A stretch of DNA of 64,000 bases from Acholeplasmataceae bacterium (GTDB taxonomy: Bacteria; Bacillota_I; Bacilli_A; Acholeplasmatales; Acholeplasmataceae), in contig JBMNNF010000003.1 in NCBI GenBank assembly GCA_050953825.1, positions 70,767 through 134,766 of the forward strand, read 5' to 3'. Made by a program: the position numbers and the translations under genes. Below are positions 21,642-29,928 of the stretch, piece after piece (the first letter of the stretch is position 1; each line of letters begins with the position of its first letter). The notes under the pieces are model-generated. The model was not told the DNA's origin, ran no database searches, and saw nothing but the letters and a program-made list of their open reading frames with translations.

Positions 21642-22520
21642 ATGAAACAGGTTGATTTATCATTTCAAAGTTGTCATTGTGAATATGATGAAAGTGATGT
21701 GGTTATTTTTAGTGTGCCCCTAGATACCACTACTTCATATCGTCCAGGAACGAGATTTGCTGGTAATGCGATCAGAGTTGAATCAATTGGAATTGAGTGG
21801 TACAGTCCATATCAAGACTCAAACTTAAAAGATTTTAAGACGTGTGATATTGGCGATTTAGAATTACCAATGGGAAATGTTGACCAATCACTAAATATTA
21901 TTTATCAGACGACTCAACAACTATTAAAAGATAATAAAATACCAATGATGGTTGGTGGTGAACACCTAGCATCATATTCGGTGATTAAAGCTTTATATGA
22001 AAAATATCCCAATCTACACGTCATTCATTTAGATGCTCATACTGATTTAAGAGAAGAATTTTTAGGAATGACATTTTCTCATGCAACTTTTATGAGACAT
22101 GTTTATCAATTTTTAGGTGATGAAAGAATTTATCAATTTGGCATTCGTAGTGGCGATGAGGATGAATTTAAATGGGTTCAAGAAGGACATATTTTTCAAC
22201 AAAAATATAATTTAGCGGGACTAGATAACATAGTTACCAAATTAATGGATGTTCCAGTTTATATTACTATTGATTTAGATGTTTTAGACCCAAGTGTCTT
22301 TCCTGGAACTGGGACTCCAGAACCAGGCGGGATTACTTATCAAGAATTATTGTGGGCCTTTAAACAATTCACTAAATTAAACTATATCGTTGGTGCTGAT
22401 TTAGTTGAATTAGCCCCTAATTTAGATCATAGTGGAGTTTCCACGATAGTTGCCGCTAAAAGTTTAAGAGAAATGGTATTAATTCTACATAACAATAAAA
22501 AAAGAAGGAGTGTTAAATAA
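21642..22520 (+). CDS. speB: Agmatinase (arginase/ureohydrolase family)
   Basis: Mn-binding blocks GGEH, HLDAHTDL and DLDVLDPSVFPGTGTPEPGG. Adjacent to speA. Confidence 0.9.
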   Translation: MKQVDLSFQSCHCEYDESDVVIFSVPLDTTTSYRPGTRFAGNAIRVESIGIEWYSPYQDSNLKDFKTCDIGDLELPMGNVDQSLNIIYQTTQQLLKDNKIPMMVGGEHLASYSVIKALYEKYPNLHVIHLDAHTDLREEFLGMTFSHATFMRHVYQFLGDERIYQFGIRSGDEDEFKWVQEGHIFQQKYNLAGLDNIVTKLMDVPVYITIDLDVLDPSVFPGTGTPEPGGITYQELLWAFKQFTKLNYIVGADLVELAPNLDHSGVSTIVAAKSLREMVLILHNNKKRRSVK

Positions 22521-23047
22521 TGTATAATGAAACAATCAAGTCAATTTTAGAAAGACGTAGTGTGAGAAAATTTGAACCACGTCAAGTTAAAGATGAAGAT
22601 TTAGATTTAATCTTAAAAGCGGGAACATATGCAGCTAGTGGCAGAGGGGCTCAAGCTCCGCTAATTGTCGCAATTCAAGATCAAGAAGTAATTAAAGAAT
22701 TATCTAAAATTAATGCGAGCGTTATGGGAAGAGATACCGATCCTTTCTTTGGAGCGCCAACAGTGATAATGGTCTTAACTGATAAAGAAAGAAATACCGG
22801 GGTTGAAGATGCTAGTTTAGTTATTGGCAATATGATGTTAGCGGCTCATTCTTTAGGTTTAGGTTCTTGTTGGATTCATCGTGCGAAAGAAGCGATGGCC
22901 TATCCATATGTTCAAGAAATGTTAACTAAGTTGGGAATTGATTATACTAAATACCGTGGTGTTGGTAATATGATTTTAGGATATTCTGCTCAAGGTGAAT
23001 TAAAAGCTGCCAAGAGAAAGGATAATTATATTTATAAAATTAAATAA
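22520..23047 (+). CDS. Nitroreductase-family protein
   Basis: N-terminal ILERRSVRKF motif. Size is about 175 aa. Confidence 0.8.
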   Translation: MYNETIKSILERRSVRKFEPRQVKDEDLDLILKAGTYAASGRGAQAPLIVAIQDQEVIKELSKINASVMGRDTDPFFGAPTVIMVLTDKERNTGVEDASLVIGNMMLAAHSLGLGSCWIHRAKEAMAYPYVQEMLTKLGIDYTKYRGVGNMILGYSAQGELKAAKRKDNYIYKIK

Positions 23048-23049
23048 TT

Positions 23050-24060
23050 ATGAGAAAATACCTACTGCCTAAAGCAGGTAAATTTTATAAAGCTAATTTA
23101 CATATGCATACCACAATTAGCGACGGTAATATTGAACCAGATGAAGTTAAAAGATTATATCTGGAACAAGGTTATTCAATCGTCGCTTTTTCTGATCACG
23201 AAGTGATGGTTTCTCATCACGATTTAACTGATGATAACTTTTTAGCCATCACTTCAACTGAAATTAGTATTAATAAAAACTGGGATATTGATTTTGAATT
23301 TCAAAAAACGTTTCATTTTAATTTGTTATCAGAAGATCCATTAAAAGATTATTATCAAACATTTAGTAAAGAGGCGATGTGGCTTCCGCATTCTTTTGAC
23401 TTTATTAGTAAAAATCAACAAAAAATTGAATACGAGCGTGAATATTCAATTGATAAGATTAATGAAATGATTCGAATTTCTAACGAAGAAAATTGTTTGG
23501 TCTTATATTGCCATCCGGTTTGGTCACTTCAAGATTATTCGGACTACATTAATTTAGAAGGGTTATGGGGCATTGAATGGTTTAATACCGGCGCTAGCAG
23601 TTCGGGCTATTATGATTCAATGAAACCGATTGATGATCTATTAAGAATTGGAAAAAATGTTTATCCAGTAGCGACCGATGACGCGCACTATTTATCGGTT
23701 TGTTTTGGCGGATTTGTCATGGTAAAGGCGGAAAATTTAAAATACAATACCATTTTTAAAGCGCTAAAATCTGGTGATTTTTATTCATCAAAGAAACCCT
23801 TAATTCATGAACTTTATATTGAAGATGGTATCATCAATCTTAAATGTAGTCCAGTTAGTCAAATTGTTTTATATACTGAAAGACGTTATACTAAAAATTT
23901 AACTGGTTATCAAATGGAAGAAGCGCAAATTAATATTAATGATTATCTCAAAAAGTCATTTGAAAAAGGATGTCAACATCCATATATACGACTTACATTA
24001 ATTGATCAAGCGGGAAATAAGGCCCAAACTCGGGCTTATTACCTTGATGAATTAAGATAA
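23050..24060 (+). CDS. PHP-domain (polymerase/histidinol-phosphatase-like) protein
   Basis: NLHMHTTISDG motif near the N-terminus, with later DH and DDAH metal-ligand blocks. Confidence 0.7.
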   Translation: MRKYLLPKAGKFYKANLHMHTTISDGNIEPDEVKRLYLEQGYSIVAFSDHEVMVSHHDLTDDNFLAITSTEISINKNWDIDFEFQKTFHFNLLSEDPLKDYYQTFSKEAMWLPHSFDFISKNQQKIEYEREYSIDKINEMIRISNEENCLVLYCHPVWSLQDYSDYINLEGLWGIEWFNTGASSSGYYDSMKPIDDLLRIGKNVYPVATDDAHYLSVCFGGFVMVKAENLKYNTIFKALKSGDFYSSKKPLIHELYIEDGIINLKCSPVSQIVLYTERRYTKNLTGYQMEEAQININDYLKKSFEKGCQHPYIRLTLIDQAGNKAQTRAYYLDELR

Positions 24061-24106
24061 AAAAAGGTAAATAGGATAAAACTCCAAAGCGCATGATTGA
24101 TATGAT

Positions 24107-24206
24107 ACCTCCAAAGTAGACACATGAGATAAACAAAAAAAGTTTAGATTCATGTAGAACCTATGGTTATCCAACCGTAGGCACACACTTTGGAGGTGTC
24201 TTTTTT
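24107..24206 (+). terminator. Branched intrinsic-terminator-like structure downstream of the PHP gene
   Basis: An 11-bp closing helix (acctccaaagt 24107-24117 with actttggaggt 24187-24197) encloses two hairpins and is followed by a T-run at 24201-24206. Confidence 0.5.
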
Positions 24207-24331
24207 ATGAGTAGAAAACATAAATATAGTTAGTATTTAATAATTCTTTTATTTTCTACAATGTTCGTCATTTTCACATTATTAATATTATTGATAGATT
24301 AAATGGCATTTAAATTATATAATTGAAAAAA

Positions 24332-24424
24332 ATGAAAAAATTAAGGAAAGATATTATGATTATTGTTTACATTATAGATTCATACGGCGAGTTTTCTAAC
24401 GGAACCACAATACAGCTCACGTAG
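24332..24424 (+). pseudogene. Orphaned 5' end of the glycosyltransferase gene (first 26-27 codons), running into a stop after the junction with tuf sequence
   Basis: 24331-24411 matches 27577-27657. The reading frame then reads ...aca ata cag ctc acg TAG. Confidence 0.8.
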
Positions 24425-25404
24425 AATACGAAACTGAAAATCGTCACTACGCACACGTTGACTGCCCAGGACACGCTGACTATGTTAAAAACATGATTAC
24501 TGGTGCGGCCCAAATGGACGGCGGAATTTTAGTTGTTTCAGCAGCAGATGGTATGATGCCTCAAACTAGAGAACACGTATTATTAGCTCGTCAAGTTGGA
24601 GTACCTAAGTTAGTTGTTTTCTTAAACAAATCTGACTTAGTTGATGACGATGAATTATTAGAACTTGTTGAAATGGAAATTAGAGAATTATTATCTGATT
24701 ACGATTTCCCAGGTGATGATATTCCATTCGTAGCTGGTTCAGCACTAAAAGCTTTAGAAGGCGACCCTGTTCATGAACAAAAAATCATTGAATTAATGGC
24801 TAATGTTGACGCTTATGTTGATGAACCAATTAGAGAAACTGATAAACCTTTCTTAATGCCAGTTGAAGACGTATTTACCATTACTGGTCGTGGAACTGTG
24901 GCAACCGGCCGTGTTGAACGTGGAACTTTAAAGGTTGGAGACGAAGTTGAAATCGTTGGAATTAGACCAACTAGAAAAACAGTTGTTACTGGAGTTGAAA
25001 TGTTTAGAAAATTATTAGACTACGCTGAAGCTGGAGACAACATCGGTGCTTTATTACGTGGTGTTCCACGTGATGAAATTGAACGTGGTCAAGTATTAGC
25101 TAAACCAGGATCAGTTAAACCACATACTAAGTTCGAAGCGCAAGTTTACGTTCTTTCTAAAGAAGAAGGTGGACGTCATACTCCATTCTTCTCAAATTAT
25201 CGCCCACAATTCTATTTCAGAACTACTGACGTTACAGGTGTTATTCACTTAAAACCAGGAACTGAAATGGTTATGCCTGGAGATAATACTGAAATGATCG
25301 TTGAATTAATTCACCCAATCGCTGTTGAACAAGGTACTAAGTTCTCAATTCGTGAAGGCGGTAGAACAGTTGGTGCTGGTTCAGTAACTAAGATTATTGA
25401 ATAA
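24412..25404 (+). pseudogene. tuf: tuf fragment (3' ~83% of EF-Tu) lacking the start codon and the G1 P-loop
   Basis: Matches 34506..35498 at offset 10094, and the ORF translation is identical to the EF-Tu C-terminus. The match continues through the downstream terminator and promoter to 25550. Confidence 0.85.
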
Positions 25405-25422
25405 TTAAACTAAATCAAAAAT

Positions 25423-25449
25423 AAAAGATGCGGCGACGCATCTTTTTTT
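25423..25449 (+). terminator. Duplicate of the tuf terminator
   Basis: aaagatgcg-gcga-cgcatcttttttt, the same as 35517..35543. Confidence 0.8.
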
Positions 25450-25550
25450 GTCATATAAAGAAAAACAAATAAATTTTTTCTATTATAAGATAGAGATATG
25501 AGACGAAAACTTGACAATGTTATAACAAATGTATATACTTTTATTGAGGT

Positions 25551-27443
25551 ATTACAATTACCTCAGCCGCAACTACAGCATTTTGGAAAGGCTATAAAAT
25601 TAATGTGATTGATACTCCAGGACACGTAGATTTCACAGTTGAAGTATCTCGTTCACTAAGAGTATTAGATGGTGCAGTTACGGTTTTGGATGCTCAAGCT
25701 GGTGTTGAGCCACAAACCGAAACTGTGTGGCGTCAAGCCACAGATTATAAAGTGCCAAGAATTGTCTTTGTTAATAAGATGGATAAAATTGGCGCTGACT
25801 TCGAAAATGCAATTCAAACGATGCATAATCGTTTAGGGGTGAAAGCCTATGCGGTTCAATGGCCAATTGGCGCAGAAAACGACTTCAGTGGAATTATTGA
25901 CTTAATTACGATGAAAGCTTATCATTATGATGGCGGAATTGATGAGGAGACTACAGAAATTCCTATTCCTGCTAATTTAATTAATAAGGTTAAGGAAAAA
26001 AGAATTGAATTAATTGAGGCCATCTGTGATTTTAACGAAGAATTAATGATTATGTATCTAGAGGGGGAAGAAATCCCAGTAGAAATAATCAAAGAAACGA
26101 TTAGACAAGCAACTCTAGATGTTAAATTCTTCCCAGTATTTTGTGGGACCGCCTTTAAGAATAAAGGAGTTAAAAAAATTCTTGATGGAATTATTGACTA
26201 TTTACCAGCACCAACTGATGTTGATGGGATAGTCGGACATAAAGAAGATGGTACTCAAGTAGTGAGACTACCAAGTGATTCGGAACCATTTACTGCCCTA
26301 GCTTTTAAAGTAATGACTGACCCATACGTTGGTAAGTTAACTTTCTTCAGAGTTTATTCTGGATCAGTTAAATCAGGAAGCTATGTAAGAAATGCTTCTA
26401 AAGATACGCGCGAGCGTTTTGGTAGAATCTTACTCATGCATGCTAACCACCGTGAGGAAGTTAGCGAAGTATATGCAGGAGATATTGCCGCAGTTGTTGG
26501 TTTAAAAGATACAACCACTGGAAATACACTATGTGGGGAACGAGATGATATTATTTTAGAATCAATGATTTTCCCAGAACCAGTAATTGATATTGCGATT
26601 GAACCAAAAACTAAACAAGACCAAGATAGAATGTCAATTGCATTAGGTAAATTAGCTGAAGAAGACCCGACATTCCGCACTTATATTGACCGTGAAACCG
26701 GACAAACGATTATTGCTGGTATGGGTGAATTACACTTAGATATTATTGTTGATCGTTTACGTCGAGAATTTAGAGTTGACGCCAATGTTGCCGAACCTCA
26801 AGTATCATATCGTGAAACAATTACAACACCTGCTACTATTGAAGGAAAATTCGTTCGTCAATCGGGTGGACGCGGACAATATGGACACGTTGTTTTAGAA
26901 TTTGAACCAAATCCAGGTAAAGGTTTCCAATTCGTTGATAAAATTGTTGGAGGAGTGGTTCCAAAAGAATATATTCCAGCAGTTCAAAAAGGATTAGAAG
27001 AAGCGATGCCAAACGGAATTATTGCTGGTTATCCAGTCTTAGATATTAAAGCGACTTTAATTGACGGGTCATATCATGATGTTGACTCATCAGAAATGGC
27101 ATTTAAGATTGCGGCTTCAATGGCATTAAAAGAATTAGCTCAAAAAGGTAATCCAACCATTTTAGAGCCAATTATGAACGTTGAAGTGGTAACACCAAAT
27201 GAATATGTTGGAAACGTTATTGGTGATTTAACTAGCCGTCGTGGTCGTCTTGATAATCAAGAAGGAAGAGGCAATGCAGTGGCGATTAAAGCTTTCGTTC
27301 CACTTTCTGAAATGTTTGGTTATGCAACGGCATTAAGATCTAATACTCAAGGAAGAGCAAACTTCGTTATGCAATTTGCTCACTATGAACCAACACCGCG
27401 ACAAATTACTGATAATATCATTAAAAAACGCGGTTCTAATTAA
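25551..27443 (+). pseudogene. fusA: fusA fragment starting at codon 61, lacking the G1 P-loop. The 5' ~830 nt match fusA and the 3' ~1.1 kb is diverged.
   Basis: Offset 6740 to 32291 onward. Lines I compared are identical up to 26380, then there are many mostly synonymous differences. The longest ORF starts at GTG 25605. Confidence 0.8.
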
Positions 27444-27480
27444 TAATTAATGGTTTTTAACCATATTAATAACTAATAAC

Positions 27481-27571
27481 TTGCAAAATTAAGTAGTTTA
27501 AGATAAAATATTAAGAGTAAATGTATTAAACAAAACAAATAAAAAAGAATCTTATTTAGGAGGAAAAAATA
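27481..27571 (+). promoter_or_regulatory. Duplicated tuf promoter, 5' UTR and RBS, now upstream of the glycosyltransferase gene
   Basis: TTGCAA-17-TAAAAT and ggaggaaaaaataATG match 34223..34316, with 2 mismatches in the spacer. Confidence 0.75.
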
Positions 27572-29419
27572 ATGGCAATGAAAAAATTAAGGAAAGATAT
27601 TATGATTATTGTTTACATTATAGATTCATACGGCGAGTTTTCTAACGGAACCACAATGACAGCGGTACGCTCTAAACAAAAATTAGAAGAAATGGGCCAT
27701 GAAGTTAGAGTTGTCTCAATTAGCAATATTGAGGGAAAGGAATACTTCCAATTAGAAAAGAGAAATATCCCAATCGTCTCTTATTTTTCGGCAAAACAAA
27801 ATACATATTATGCAAAACCGGATGAAGCGGTATTTCGTAGGGCGTTTGAAGGAGCGGATGTCGTTCACTTCTTTTTTCCTTGGAAATCAGCTTTAGTTGC
27901 CATTAAAGTTGCTAGAGAAATGGGAATTGCGGTTACCGGATCGTATCACATGTGTCCTGAACACGTTGGTTATGGTGCTGGTTTTGGCAAATGGTTTGCC
28001 CCAGTAACATGGTTTTTGTATAAATTCTACAAACATAAAATTTATAAAAAAATCGATCGAATTCATTGCCCAAGTCCAGTGATGGCTAATCGGTTAAAGG
28101 AACACCGATATAAAAATATTCTACACCCAATTACTAATGGTGTTGGTCAACAATTTTTTGTTGAAGTTGAAAGACCTTATGATCCAAAAGAATTTCAAAT
28201 TTTAACGGTTGGGCGACTATCATTAGAGAAACGTCAAGAAATTTTATTAAAAGCGATAAGATACTCTAAATATAAAAATAGAATCAAACTAGTTGTTGCT
28301 GGTCAAGGACCAAAAGGTGATAAATTAAAGAAATTAGCTAAAAAATACCAACTTAATGTTGAATTTGGGTTTTATTCTCAAGATGTACTGGTTAATAAGA
28401 TTAAAGAAAGTGATTTATATGTTCATACAGCTGAAGTTGAAACCGAAGGCATTTCAGTATTAGAAGCACTTTCTGGAGGATTGGTTCCAGTATTATCTAA
28501 TACTCCGTTTAGTGCTCCTGGACAGATTTTTGCCTTAGATGAAAGAAGCTTATTTAAATTAAATGATCCAAAAGATTTAGCTAGTAAAATTGATTATTGG
28601 ATTGAACATCCAGATGAAAGACAAAAAATGAGTCGAGAATATCAAAGTTATATGGAAAACTATGATATTGATACGGCAGTTAAAAGACTTGTGGAAATGT
28701 TTAAAGCGGCAATTAATGATGAAAAATTAAAACAATTAGAAAAAACGAAAAAGAATCAAAAGTATCTAAAGAAATTAAAACCAAATAAATTAGGCCATTT
28801 AATGGTCAGAATGTCGTTTATTTTATTTTATCCATTTGTAAAATTATATTCATATTTATTTGCCGGTTTAAGGATTAATGGTAAGAAAAATTTAAGATCA
28901 GTTAAGGGTGGAGCGATCATCATTAGTAATCACGTTCATAATCTGGATGCACCAATCAATGCATGTGCAACGTATCCGAAACTTTCGGTTTATACTTCAC
29001 AACCACAAAACTTTGAACACCGAGTTTACCGACCACTAATTAGTTTCTTCGGAACAATACCAACACCAAAAACGATTGAAGAAACTAAAGTGTTTATTAA
29101 TGAAGTTTCAAGAAAAATGAAAAATGGGCGATTGGTTTTAGTTTATCCGGAAGGGAATTTAATCTATAAAAATTCTAATTTACAACCATTTAAAAAAGGA
29201 GCATTCCATGCAGCCCAAAATGCTATGGCTCCAATCATTCCCATTAGAATTAATTTTGTTAAGAGAAAAAAGAAAAACGGGAAATATAAAAAGAGAATTA
29301 TTTTAAATATTGGAAAACCAATTCAACCGAGTTACCATATGTTAAGAAGAGATAGTATTGATGATTTCATGCAAGTTTCAATTAATGCGATGGAAAGCTT
29401 AAAAGAAGTTGATGGTTAA
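27572..29419 (+). CDS. Fusion protein: GT4-family (GT-B) glycolipid-synthase-like glycosyltransferase plus a C-terminal PlsC/LPLAT-type acyltransferase domain
   Basis: GT4 E-x7-E region ETEGISVLEALSGGLVP. The acyltransferase has H-x4-D (NHVHNLD) and a VYPEGN block, with a hydrophobic segment between the domains. The first two codons (ATG GCA) derive from tuf. Confidence 0.8.
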   Translation: MAMKKLRKDIMIIVYIIDSYGEFSNGTTMTAVRSKQKLEEMGHEVRVVSISNIEGKEYFQLEKRNIPIVSYFSAKQNTYYAKPDEAVFRRAFEGADVVHFFFPWKSALVAIKVAREMGIAVTGSYHMCPEHVGYGAGFGKWFAPVTWFLYKFYKHKIYKKIDRIHCPSPVMANRLKEHRYKNILHPITNGVGQQFFVEVERPYDPKEFQILTVGRLSLEKRQEILLKAIRYSKYKNRIKLVVAGQGPKGDKLKKLAKKYQLNVEFGFYSQDVLVNKIKESDLYVHTAEVETEGISVLEALSGGLVPVLSNTPFSAPGQIFALDERSLFKLNDPKDLASKIDYWIEHPDERQKMSREYQSYMENYDIDTAVKRLVEMFKAAINDEKLKQLEKTKKNQKYLKKLKPNKLGHLMVRMSFILFYPFVKLYSYLFAGLRINGKKNLRSVKGGAIIISNHVHNLDAPINACATYPKLSVYTSQPQNFEHRVYRPLISFFGTIPTPKTIEETKVFINEVSRKMKNGRLVLVYPEGNLIYKNSNLQPFKKGAFHAAQNAMAPIIPIRINFVKRKKKNGKYKKRIILNIGKPIQPSYHMLRRDSIDDFMQVSINAMESLKEVDG

Positions 29420-29444
29420 AACTAGAAAAGTATAAAAATTACCA

Positions 29445-29477
29445 AAACCTCAATTAAAGAAAATGTTGAGGTTTTTT
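29445..29477 (+). terminator. Intrinsic terminator after the glycosyltransferase gene
   Basis: 9-bp stem aaacctcaa/ttgaggttt followed by a T-run. Confidence 0.8.
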
Positions 29478-29488
29478 ATATAAAAAAA

Positions 29489-29566
29489 TTACCAGTTAGG
29501 TAATTATATTCTTGACAAGGGTAATGGGTTATTATATAATAGGTGTATAAATTACCACTTAGGTAA
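29489..29566 (+). promoter_or_regulatory. Toxin-antitoxin promoter bracketed by two TTACC-N5-GGTAA operators
   Basis: TTGACA 29512-29517, 17-nt spacer, TATAAT 29535-29540. Inverted repeats at 29489-29503 and 29552-29566. Confidence 0.7.
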
Positions 29567-29580
29567 GAAAAGAGAGTTTA

Positions 29581-29928
29581 ATGAAAATTGAATATGACAA
29601 CAAGAAAGTAAAAACTCTCTTTGAAAATTTTGATTTAATGGGAAAAGAGGTTGGCTACGAACTTGCTAGAAGAATCAAATTAAGATTCGAACAATTGAGG
29701 GCTGCTGAAACTTTCTATGATTACTTGCAAACGCGTTTGGGGGGACCCCATCGACTTAGTGGAGATAAAAATGATTTATATGCTATCAATGTTACTAGAA
29801 ATGTAAGATTGATTGTCAAACCTAATTCAGAAGATTTGAGTCATGAAGGATTAATGAAGTGTAAGATTGTAATAATTAAAGGAGTAGAGGATTATCATGG
29901 TAGCAAAACAACAACATACATCCCCTGA
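29581..29928 (+). CDS. higB: HigB-like (RelE/ParE superfamily, plasmid-killer type) toxin
   Basis: Collinear with the HigB family as I remember it: K.L...F, L..L..A, H.L.GD, a Y-I-V block, R-I-F/V, and C-terminal EDYH. Confidence 0.7.
   Translation: MKIEYDNKKVKTLFENFDLMGKEVGYELARRIKLRFEQLRAAETFYDYLQTRLGGPHRLSGDKNDLYAINVTRNVRLIVKPNSEDLSHEGLMKCKIVIIKGVEDYHGSKTTTYIP

Noticed and set aside
24493-27443. Treating 24493-25404 and 25605-27443 as functional second EF-Tu and EF-G paralogues.
   Set aside because: Both lack the N-terminal P-loop (G1) region and a proper translation start. The tuf piece is a copy of the resident gene starting mid-codon-series at a rearrangement junction. They are better described as fragments or pseudogenes.
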